Numbered from the stretch's first letter, positions 25,501 through 37,295 are shown. The stretch: 64,000 nt of DNA from Yuukianura sp. NJ FZ-2021 (GCA_046563655.1 CM102290.1:5704001-5768000), one strand, 5' to 3'. The notes: generated from the letters alone by a model not told the origin. Translations and numbers: made by a program.

Positions 25501-28500
25501 AAAAACTCATTTTTTTAGAAATTTTTTTTAAAAAGGGACTGGATGAGAGTGTGCTGTGATGTTGCGATTGTTGGTGAAAGTTGGCGCAGAAGAAAGTTGT
25601 GACTTTGGGTTTATTTTGTTGTGGTGCTTTTGAAGGGGTTGAGCATGAGAGGTTTTTGGTGGAGAGGTCTCTCGGTCCATTCTTCCATTAATTGGTTTTG
25701 AACACGACGACAAAGTAGGTTGTTTGAACAGCACCAAAGTCAAATGGAAATGCACAACCTCTGTCAACACAAACAAAAGTACAATCCAAAAGTCACTCCA
25801 AGCACAAGAATTTACAAAAACAGAACAAGGTGTTTGAAGCTTCATTTACAAAAAAAAAAATGGAGATTTTTGAAGCTGAAATGTCAAATGGTTTGAATTT
25901 GAAAATTCAAAATTTTGAAATCAGGTTTGAGCGGGAATTGAAATGTGGGGTTTCGTAATTTAAGGTTTCAACGATAGGAGGAATTTGTTGGTCTGCTTTT
26001 TTTTTTCTTTGTGTGGAATGTTGTTGGTTGAAGTAGAGGAGAATTTTTGTGGTTGACTTGAGCGAGTGCTGCATCGGTTGTATCCATTTGTAAATTGTTT
26101 CCAGACGTACAGCATGGACTGTTACTTTCGGCAGTCATGGACGGATGAACGCCTCTCCTACAGTTCAGCCTCCAAAGGAACACTCGCACTCAGCATCTCC
26201 ATGCTAGAGAAAATTTGGAAAGTTAGTCCATTTTCAAACACACTTTTAAAAAATGCATTTTTTTCAAAACTGAACTCTTTTCTTTTTTGAAAATTTACTT
26301 TCTCTAGCCGGACACTACAATTAGAAATGGGTACATCGTGTTGTTGAAAAACCTGAATTTTTTAAAAGTGAAAGTTTAATTTTCGAAAAATGGAATTTGA
26401 TTTTGAGTTTGATTTTAGAAAGCAGTCGTACCTGCATACGATCACGACTCCCAACAAATTTGTGCGTCTTTACCCCGATGGACGAGTTTTGTACTCGTCA
26501 AGGTCAACTGTTAATTTAATTAAATTAAGATTAATTACGATTAATTATTAATTAGTTTTCATATTATATTTTTCACTCTATAGGTTAACAATCAAGGCTA
26601 GTTGTCCCATGGACCTCAGGTAACCAAACTATATGTATCCGCACGATAATCTAAAGAAGAAAAAAATAAAAAAAAAACAAAATTTTTTTTAAAAATTTTC
26701 TGTGCTGTTGAAATTTAGCAATTTTCCGATGGATACCCAAAGGTAAAAACATATAAAATTTTAGAGTAGAGCCAAAAACTAAAATGAAAACAATTTTTTT
26801 TTGTAGATGTTTGCTAAAAATTGGATCCTGTATGTAACAAATTAAATTAAATCCAAGTGCATTTAAATTAAACTATATTTAAGTTAAATCACATTGAAAT
26901 TAAACTTTAATGGTAATTAGCTGTATTTGCTCTCAGTTGGCTATACTACAAGAGACGTGTTGTACCGTTGGAATCCTAATCGGACAGTGGACATTGCCCC
27001 TGACATGAAGATGTCCCAGTTTGACCTCATCTCCACCCCTGCAGGCAACTCCACTGACCACATGAAGTCAGGTGACCTTTGACCTCTTACAACAAATCAT
27101 GCACAACTTTATTTGTTCTCTCAGAATTTTAGTCAAAATGAGGAGCAAAGTTATAAAAGTTGATGAAATTGACATCCCAAGAGTTGACCTTTGACCTGGC
27201 GTTGACCTTTGACCTTGGATTGACGTTAGGTGATGTGAGTGTGGTGGAGGCGTACTTCGTGTTGCGTCGTCACACAGGCTACTATCTGCTCCAAGTGTAC
27301 TTGCCTGCCTATCTACTCGTGGTCGTTTCCTGGGTTTCATTTTTCATAAGCACCCTGGGGGACAAGGTCACCTTGGGTGAGAGTTTCCGTCCTTCAGTCG
27401 ATTAGTCACAATGCTCACACACAGGGGTCACTCGAGGTCAAGGTCACTTGAAAGCACTGCTTTTACTTCACAAATCTATGCTTTCACCAGCAAAGTAGCA
27501 GGAGAGAGCAGGTTTTGTTCGAATGTGTGTGTGTGTTTTTATATTCTCAAAATAGGAAGACGACTGATTTAGAGAGAAAGATTTTGAGTGAATTTTTATT
27601 ATAATTTTTTGGAATTTTTGAAGAAATTAAGACCTCGCCGTTTTTTTTTTTCGTTTGCTTAGGAGAGTATTCTTCACTGGAAGTGAATTTTCATCTGCAG
27701 GTAACTTTTTTGAAAAAAAAAAGTTTTTTTTTTTTTTGAAAAAAAAAGGTGTTTTGAAAAAGTTTTTGTTGACATTTTGATTTTTGGGTAGCGTCACATG
27801 GGTAACTTCCTGATCCAAGTGTACGGCCCCTGTACACTGCTCTGCGTTCTCTCCTGGGTCGGATTCTTCCTCAATCGGGTGAGGAGGAAAACCACTTGCA
27901 TATTTTATTTTATATATTTTAATATATACTTCAATATTTTCATACACACTTTACATATTTTAACATGTTTTATATAATTTAATATAACTCACACCCCCAT
28001 TCACAACTTCTAATTACTCACTCTTATCCAGGAAGCCACTTCGGACCGTGTCTCACTTGGAAAGTTATCTTAATTACTTTAATTACAAGTAATTACAATT
28101 TTAATTCATGTAATTCGTGCAATTACAGGAATCACAACGCAGTTTACAATTACTCTGTTGGGACTTGAAGCGCGCGCAGATCTCCCCAAAGTCCCTTACC
28201 CAACGGCACTCGACTTTTTCGTGTTCCTCTCATTTGCATTCATATTTGCATCTATCATTCAAGTAATTAAATATTTTAACTAACTTATTTAATTACTTTA
28301 ATTAACTTATTTATTCAAACTTATTTAATTCATTTTTTCTAACTTATTTTATTGTAGTTTGCCATAGTTCATTCCTTTACGAAAGTGGGTTCTGGAGAAG
28401 TGTACTTTAATGAGGACTCTTCCGATGATGAAGATGGAAGCGACCAGGAACCTCTTCCACATCCTGTACTTTTTCAAGTTAAAATTCAAAAAGAAATTTA

Positions 28501-28895
28501 AAATTTTGAAAACTTCAAATTTTGAAAAATTGTAACATTTTTAGAGAAGCGGTGGCTCTGCTACTCCCAGGGTGGGAGAGAGTCGGAATGAAATGTCTAT
28601 AATACAGTTTGCTGCTCATGAGTTGAGCAACCATGGTCGGTGGAGCAGGAGCGGAGAGGGGAGTTCGGGAGTAACTCCTGCTCATGCCCAGCAGCCTCGG
28701 AGCAACTCCCGCCGCCAGGGATCGAACTGGGGCCTCTGTCCCAAAACCCGCCCTGGACCAAGGACGGACATCGAGGCAGTCAACTCTGTTTCAAAAGTGG
28801 ACCGCTTTTCCCGCGTCTTCTTCCCCCTCTCCTTTATTGCCATCAACTTCTTCTACTGGTACTCTTACCTCTACAACACTACACCCCTAGTCTAA
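22544..28895 (+). CDS. Grd: GABA/glycine-like Cys-loop receptor subunit, GRD-like, 17 coding exons
   Basis: Exons 22544-22596, 22721-22796, 22904-22922, 24729-24796, 26105-26221, 26308-26330, 26419-26502, 26584-26619, 26719-26742, 26807-26829, 26937-27071, 27663-27700, 27792-27878, 28032-28059, 28129-28262, 28358-28465, 28545-28895. GRD-type motifs: [77 protein letters not shown]. Confidence 0.92.
23770..24080. repeat. Degenerate ~120-bp tandem duplication in a GRD intron
   Basis: cgtattcc..tatgaggagattt.cggtattttgctaaa.gttggttttg.aatgttgtg..gaaagtgaag..tgggagttga occurs at ~23858 and ~23972. Confidence 0.7.
27230..27376 (+). CDS. Candidate alternative exon of the GRD-like gene encoding a second pre-M1/M1/M1-M2 linker
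   Basis: AG/GT-bounded, 147 nt, phase 1-1, stop-free: (G)DVSVVEAYFVLRRHTGYYLLQVYLPAYLLVVVSWVSFFISTLGDKVTL(G). Confidence 0.75.
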
Positions 28896-29303
28896 CTATT
28901 CACATTAATTAACAATTAACTAACCTCCATTTATAATTAACATTAACAAGTAATTAACTTTCAACTACTTCCAACGTACCTTCTTAATACCTCGCTTATC
29001 CTAAACTAACTTCAAAAATAAACTAACCGACTAAAAAGTATAACTCACAACAATTAAACCAACGTTGTTCATAATTTTGAAAAACTACGAATATTGTTAT
29101 GGTAAATCCTGTACATTCTGAAATCAGGATTTAAATCCGGATTTTTTCGACTAAAAATCCGTCAAAATCCGAATTCTGGATTTCTCAAAAGCAGTGACGG
29201 ATTTACATCCCTAGTGATAAGTATTGCTGTATGGGAAGTTTCTGCCTGGTAACCATTGAGTAACCATGGTTACCACCGGAAATGTTTTGAAAGCGGTGGG
29301 TGG

Positions 29304-32300
29304 TTACTTGTCTCGTCCTGGCTGTCTGTCACAAGTATCATGTAGGTAGGCATACATGACCCAGTAAAACACCTACAATTCAAATTAAATAATTAAAGTA
29401 TATAAAATAATTAATAAATAATTAATTAATAAATAAATAATTAATATATAAATAATTTTACGTTGAGGAAGAGGAATGAGACTGGGAAGAGGACACGAGA
29501 GACCTTGTCTATTTTGGAGACGCTGTTGGAGAATCTGCCCGATGCTGCTGCCCTCTGCCGCTGCCTCCGAAATTTGTCGTCTGCCACGACGCAACGCAGA
29601 AACTGCCTGAAGCACGACGCTTTCTTCTCCGTCTGCGTCTCCTTCGACTCTGTACTTCTGGAGGGGGTCACGATCCCCAGATCCCCCTTCCACCCACAAC
29701 CACGATCCTACAAGGTCAAAGGTCAAAAGTAGGTCAGAGGTCAAAGGTCATTCATCAAAGTCTTACAGTGTCGTTGAGCAGCAGGGATGGAACGCGGAGA
29801 CTCATGAGGGGAGGGGGGTCAAGATCACACGACCCCCCTTCCCCGTTTCCCCACTCCACAAGCTCCCCATCCTCATCCTCACCCTCCTCCTCCTCAGCAA
29901 TCTTCTCACCACTGTTGATCTAAACCAATTTCACAAAATCCCACTTTTTTCGAAATTTAATTTAAAAATTCAAAATTTTGGCAGTTGTAAAAGATGTTTA
30001 TGAATATTTAAACAACAGTTTCTTCTCTTCTTCTATAAATCAACGTCTAAATTTAAAAAAGAAGCGGTGGTTTTGAAAATAAAAATAACTGTTGAGCCTA
30101 TTTTAAAAAACATTTGTGTTTTTTTTTGAAAAGTGTGTTTAAATATTTCAAAGTTTTGAGGAATGAAGTTGAATTTGCGTAAGTTAAGTGGATGGGGCAA
30201 AGGCTTTTCTTGACTCGTTGTCATGTCTGCTCCAGAATACGAAAGTAGCAGCAAAGTGACTAATGTTTTCCACTTTCTCAAAAAAAGAGAAAGAGAGAGA
30301 AAGCGGAACTTCATTTTTTAAATTTGGCACAAACCGCCTCTTTTCTTTAAATTTTTATTTGAAAACGTTCAAAGTAAGTGACAAAAAAATTAAAGAAAAA
30401 AGCGGGATAAGGATTTTATCTTTTGAAAACGTTTCAGTAGCAAAACAAATGTTGACGTCCATCAGAATCTAAAATGTGCTAAATTTTGAAATTTAGTGTT
30501 AAGTTTTAAAAGAAAAATGGTGACACTTACCTTTGTAAAGTACTGGCCAGGGACAGATTGTTTTTTCAAAAACATGAAAAAATTGAAAAAGAGCTGGAAA
30601 TTTAAAAATTGAAAAAATTGCTTACATGGACTCCCGCGAATTCCAGTAGAGAGGCCATGCAGTATCCGAAACTCATGAGGATGAACCAGTCCAATGCCGT
30701 TGCGTAGTGGACTTTGGGCAAATCTGTTCTCGTGTCAAGACTGATTGTACTCAGAGTTAAAAAGGCAGTAATTCCTGAAATTTCACATTTCAAAAAGTAA
30801 GTCAAAAACTGGTTTTTCAAAAAATTTTCAAGGAGGGATGACCTTTGGCCTCCCAGTGTACTCCGAGAGTTTTTTTTTTTCAATTTTGAGGAAGCGAGTG
30901 GGTGCAATATGTGGGATGCAATAGTGAAAGTTGGAGAAAGTTGAAACAAAGTTTAGTTTTTAGAACAAACATTTTCAAAACAGTTGTGCAACTCACCCAG
31001 CCCAACACGGTCGCTAGTTGACTCCCGATTTATCCTGAACCGTTCAAAAAAAATTTTTTTTTTAAATTCTTGAACTTAACATTTCGAAAGTTTTGATTTT
31101 TTTACCAGAATGAAACCCAGGACAAAATGACGATGAGGATGCAAGGAACGTAGACTTGAATCAAGAAAAATCCGGCATGACGAACCAGCTCAAAATTTAC
31201 TTGCAACACGGAAAAATCTCCTAAAAATCACTTTTTTTTTAAAATTTCAAAATTTCAATGCTCATGTTTTTTTGAACAAGTGTTTACCATCTCTGGTTGT
31301 GAGGTTGTAAGAAGTGAATGGGCTTTTGACCAGGTCAAATTGAGACAGAGTCATGCCAGGGATGAAACTGACGCCTGGTTTGTCTTTGTCCCACGAATAC
31401 ACGATGTGTCGCAAGGGATAAGCAACTTTCAAAAAAACATTAAAAGGGCAACGCAGTTCGCTTATGGGCGAGAGCAGACCCGTACGATTTGGCTGAAAAT
31501 TTAACCAGTTGTTCTCGAGGTCCATAGGAACAACTTTTGTACAGGGCGTACATGGGGCATCAAACGGTTTGACCTCCAGGGGTCACCAAAGGTCAAGGGG
31601 TCATCCTATGACAACCCCCCACAAATAAGGTATCGTTGGAAAGGTCTTGACCTCAAGGTTCAGAAAATGTATGGGTATCAATACTTTGATTCAGGCGTTT
31701 AGCCGTAAAGGGTCACTGAAGGTCAACTATGAAAAAAGTTGCAAAGTACCAAAAAGTGTAAATCGTTACATGACAACCGGCAAAATGACTTATACAAAAG
31801 TTGTTCCACTCAGAAAAATAAGCAACTTCTTCCTCTTACATTTTTTTCTACGGCAAACAGCTGACGAGATACCGACCCAGTCCAAAACTGATAAAAGTAG
31901 ATTTCAGTTAGGACTTTCGCGACAGTAAAACGGGATCTGATTGTTTCCTACAGTTTGGACTGAAACGTGAGAATATTATTGTTTTAAGAAGCTACTTTCT
32001 TGACCCCTTTCCGTGTTCTGGGGTAGCCTAGAGGCATAGATTCGTCGTTCTTGTTCAACTTCCTTTTACTGTCGCGAAAGTCCTAACTGAAATCTACTTT
32101 TATCAGTTTTGGACTGGGTCGGTATCTCGTCAGCTGTTCGCCGTAGAAAAAAATGTAAGAGGAAGAAGTTGCTTATTTTTCTGAGTGGAACAACTTTTGT
32201 ATAAGTCATTTTGCCGGTTGTCATGTAACGATTTACACTTTTTGGTACTTTGCAACTTTTTTCATAGTTGACCTTCAGTGACCCCTTACGGCTAAACGCC

Positions 32301-35300
32301 TGAACCAAAGTATTGATACCCATACATTTTCTGAACCTTGAGGTCAAGACCTTTCCAACGATACCTTATTTGTGGGGGGTTGTCATAGGATGACCCCTTG
32401 ACCTTTGGTGACCCCTGGAGGTCAAACCGTTTGATGCCCCATGTACGCCCTGTACAAAAGTTGTTCCTATGGACCTCGAGAACAACTGGTTAAATTTTCA
32501 GCCAAATCGTACGGGTCTGCTCTCGCCCATAAGCGAACTGCGTTGCCCTTTCCAAATCTACTTATATAAAATCGAGACCCTGTTTATCTGTGTGTGTGTG
32601 TGTTCCACTACTCCTCCGAAACTACTGAACCGATTTTGACAAGTGAGGTGTCCTTTTTATCGTGAGGTCACCCCGCAGAGAATAGGCTATGTCACATCTT
32701 GACCTGTGACCTTTGACCTTGGCCCTAGCGCGATGACCTCACAAAATCATACCAAACACAGGCAAATGACATATCGTTCGAAAGCAGAGGTCAAATGCAG
32801 TCGATTGATGTATGACACATTGACCTGTGACCTTTGACCCTTGACCTAGAGCGGTGACCTCATATAGATTTAAGCTGAACATAGGCATGTTGTATATCGT
32901 CCGAAACGGGAGGTTCAAAGGAGTTGATTGACGTATTTCACGATGACCTGTGACTTATGACTATTGATTTAACGCAGTGACCCCATCTACTTATATAACT
33001 CCGAGCCCCTGTTCATTTGTGTCTGTTCCTCTACTCCTTCGAAACTACTGAAGCGATTTGGACAAATGAGCTGTCCTTTTCTTCGTGATGTCTCCCCGTA
33101 GGCTATGTCACATCTTGACCCGTGACCTCTGACCCTTCACCCAGCGTCATCACCTCATCATATCATATGAAACACAGGCAAGTGTCATGTCATTCGAAAG
33201 CAGAAGTCAAATGCAGTCGATTGATGCATCGCATAATGACCTGTGACCTTTGACCCCGGAGCTTTCGCGGTTACCTCATATAAACTCGAACGAAAAATAG
33301 GCATGTGATATATCATTCAAAAGGGGAGGTGAAATGCAGTTAGGGACATTGACCTGTGACCGTTGACCTTTGATCTATGGCCATGACCCAATAAGTACAC
33401 ACAAACATAGGCCTGTGATATATCATTCGAAAGAGGCGGTCAAATGGACTCGGTTTACGTATGTCGCGTTAATTCTGTGACCTATGGCACCAAAAAGGAA
33501 TTAAGTTCCACAGTATATGTCTCTTCTCTACATGTTAAACATTAATTGGATGGACTGGTAGTTTTAAGGGATTTCCGCCTGGGCAAAGGGTAGGGTATAA
33601 TATTTTCATAAAAATAGTCCAAGCGGGTCAGCATATGTATCTCAAACGGGTAGCGGGTTCCCAAAAGGGATAAGTTTTTCTGTGTGTGTTCGTATACACT
33701 ACCACAAAAGCTAGCCCCGCTTTCACAAGCGGGTATCATACCTTGTTTTTAATAAAAATGGAAGCAAACATAGTAAGAGCAAACAAACCAAAATTCCTTA
33801 TTCAAAATATTTTTTTTAAAAAAACTTACAACTTCCAAAAGTGAGAGCGCAGCGTTGTGTGTCCAGTGGAAAGTTCTGTTGAACGTCGGCAAAAATAAAA
33901 AGAGAAATTATTAGAAAGTGTCCTCACTCCAACTAAAGATAAAATATGTGAAAAGAAAGGATTTGCTAAAATGTGTTTGAATTTGGAATAAAACGTGAAT
34001 TTTGTTACCCTGAGGCACATTTCGCACTTGGCCTTGATAGTGAGTCTGGAATTGTTAATTGATAAGTTTAAATTGATGACCTTGACCTGGGTCAAAGCAG
34101 GATTGTTACCGCATGGAGTAGAGTATCTCCCCCTCCTGTGTAAGACGCAGTAGTTTGTTGGGTACGGTGATCGTGTGCACGTAACTGTGCCTTCCATTTC
34201 TAAAGAATGTATCTGGGCCTAAGGACATGGAAAACATTACGTTAGGGGTACTTCAAGGGCACTCAACATAGGATTAGGGGGTACTTATGCTTAGCATAAC
34301 TTTTGGTGTGGTTAACATACATTCATGTGGGGGTACTTACGCCAAAGTCTCTCGAGCATCTTGATGCTAAGGCTGAGGCTTTCCACAGGACCACGGAAGC
34401 TGAGTCTCGGATCCCTCCAGTACTACCAACCACATATCCCTCAATACAACTCTCTCAAATATGTTTGACCTTTGACCTTGACCTTCCCCACTTCCAAAGG
34501 TCAAGGTCACTCGCCAAAAAATACTTTTTGTAACAAGAAAGTTGTATTCAGAGTACGTAACTGGCGAAAGTAGCAATCCATCGAGTAGTCCTACAACAAC
34601 CAAATTCAAAATTTTAAAACATTTTTTTTTAAATTTTTTGAAAATGGTTTTTAAAAAAAGTGGTTCCTGACCATGTCCAATTCCGAGATGGGCCCCATGC
34701 TTCTGATGAGCATGTTTGTCCTTACGACGGTCGGTGTGCCTGTAAATGAAAAAAAAAGACTTTCTCCTGGAGTGAAAGTCACTTTCGTTAAAGTTAGGCT
34801 AAAGTTAGGCTAACCATAGTCTTTTAAGTGGTTTTTTTGGTGTGTGAATGGAGGTTTTTGTGTAATGGAGGGGGGACTTATCCTGAGGGGGGACTTAAGT
34901 CCAATCTACCCTCTCAATCTCACAAGAATCAATTCAAACCAGGAGACTTAAGTCCCCCTTTGTCTTCCCACAAAGGACTCACCTCCACACACCATTTCAA
35001 ACTTACTCAGACTTGGGATTTCACCTTTCAAGAATTCTTTGAAATGATTTCCATTTTGAAAACCGTGGAAATCTCGGCGGGACTTTTTGAAAGTTTCAAT
35101 TTTGCCACCAGTCAACAAAAACTGTGTGAGACACGAGAAAACAATCGGAGACTCACAGCAGCTTTTTCAATTTTTTTTGGCGGGAGCGGAAAGTGGAATT
35201 CCTCGAGGGCATAACATTCTTTTTGAATTTAGATTTTTATTATGATTTTTGAAAAGATGACTCCTGTGCATGAGTTAACACGGTCGTTGTCAGATTCGGA

Positions 35301-36471
35301 TTGAGATTAGTCATGCAAAGCAGCCTAATAATGGATTTGGAATTTACGCGGGAAAAAATGATTTTGAATTTTGGCGGGAAGAAAAGATTTTGAATTTGGG
35401 AGGTCGTTTTTGGGAGGAAATTCAAACGGTATCCCAAAATCCACTTGACGCTTAATCTCCACAAATAAGAAGTTCAATCCTCTCTCAACACAACAACCTT
35501 AGGCAAAGATCAGCTTCCGGTTAGCCTAACCTTACCTTCACATAATAACCTAACATGCTTAGCCTAACACAACAAAGCTTATGCATTTCTCAAAATTTGT
35601 GCCAACTTGGTTGAAGTTGAAGTTATGAAAAAGAGAAAGTTCAGTGGAGCGTATCATTTTCAGAAACAACTTTTCTAAAAAAGACTTTGAGAGAAGCTCA
35701 TCTTCCGTCTTTTCAATTTCCCGCTTAAAAGTGGACCATTTTGTGCAGAACGCAGCTCATCTTCTCTCATTTTCAAAAACTTTAATTTCTGTTCAAGATT
35801 TTTAGAACAAAGAGTGGAGAGAAAGCGAGGAGAGTTGCCTTGGATTTCCTTAAGCCACCAAAACCGTCACTTCCCTTCATTTGTCTTGCTCTTCAACAAC
35901 TTTATAAACTTTTGATTAATTGACTCTTTTTTAAAAAAAAAGTTTTTTTTTTAAAGAAGATTTTTAAAAAAGAAAAGAACTAATAGAAAGTGTTTGAGAC
36001 AGAATGAAGTGAAACTTTCCCTTTTGATTTCATTCATATTTTCTTCTTCGGCAATTGTCGCACTTACGCCTTATGCTTTTTCCCTTAAGTTTAACTAATT
36101 AATTTAATTAATTAAGTTAAATTTATTAAATTTGAGTAATTAATATATAATTAAAATGGTTTTACCGAATCTGTAGTTGGGATGCTGGCTGCTGTCGTAG
36201 TTTTCTAGCAGAAGATCCAGAATTTGCGTAATATTTTTTAGCAAAAGTTCCTGTTTTCCTCCCTTTCCAATCGTGTTTACTCCAGACACACTGAACATAA
36301 CAATAAAATAAAATAATTATTGTAACAATTAATAATTAACCAACTAGTAATTAAATTATTGTAATTAATAATGTATTTTATATTAGTTTTTAATAAATTG
36401 TTTTGTTACCTCGTGAAATATGTGAAGGAGAATAGAAGCGAAACGAGGAAAAAACCGGTGAGGTGGAACAT
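29304..36471 (-). CDS. GABA receptor alpha-like Cys-loop subunit, CG8916-like, multi-exon
   Basis: Spliced peptide: [13 protein letters not shown].., [117 protein letters not shown], 12-nt exon YFTK (30542-30531), [15 protein letters not shown], ..GRDK*. One donor is non-canonical (34560). Confidence 0.88.
31443..32551. mobile_element. Foldback element: 488-bp near-perfect inverted arms with a 133-bp spacer
   Basis: 31443-31930 is the reverse complement of 32064-32551. The mirror ORFs 31647+ and 32347- differ at only two residues. No TSD seen. Confidence 0.9.
32557..33745 (+). mobile_element. Non-autonomous Helitron-like element with an internal ~120-bp tandem array
   Basis: A|TCTACTTATATAAAA start, (TG)n, ctccgaaactactgaaccgattt; a second head near 32986; TGACCTGTGACCTTTGACC-type units about every 120 bp; 3' hairpin cccgctt..aagcggg followed by CTTG|T. 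Confidence 0.7.
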
Positions 36472-37295
36472 GATTTACGGCCGGATACAACAAAATTTTG
36501 TTAAGGATTTAAAATAGTTAAAATTCTAAGATTTGATTAGGAAATGACTCGAAAAAGGTAAAATTTTGAATTTGAGGCTAACTTATTAAATTGTTAGGTT
36601 AACAATTTATGTTGTGCTTTAAGAAGGGACTTAAGTGTCACTACGGAGGCTGGTTGTGGTTGTGGAGTGACTAAAATGTGGGATCTGTTCCGCAACTTGT
36701 TTTTGGTGACAGAGCAGACGCTCTGCTTAAACTCAGAATTTACTCTGATTCAACCCAGACCATGCTCATCTGCAGGGAAAACCGAAAAAGCCGGTCCGAT
36801 CTCCTACAAAATTCGTTTTGTCATTTCGTTTCGGTCGGAATCGTTTTGATTCATTTCCCACCGATAGTTTAAAACTTCCCTTTCTTTTTCTTTCCTAAAA
36901 CAAAAAGAGAAAAAAGTTCGGATTAAGTTCGGATTACGTTCGGTAGAAACCGTTTCTTTCCGTGTTAAATCGATCTCTGCCGAAAGGTGTGTGACTTAAT
37001 TCCATGCACTTTCTAGATTTACTTTCTCTCTACACCTTTTTCCCTTGTTTGGAAATCTCTTTTTCAATTTGAACTTGGAAATCTGAAGGTAAAATGCACG
37101 ACACGTTGCTTTCTCTTTTGAACATAAAAAGTGATGCCAAACGTGTTTCATCCACGTCAAAAAAAGTTGAAAAAAGTGAAAGCGTGTATCATCCCCCATG
37201 TCGTCTTTTCTCTTTTCAAAACAAATGAAAGTGTCACATTGTCACAACATTTGTATTAAAAACACTCTAAATTGAACATTCCTTCAACTCTAGTA

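Noticed and set aside
31647..32347. Twin 93-aa ORFs on opposite strands
   Set aside because: By-product of the inverted repeat; TTG starts and no recognisable domain.
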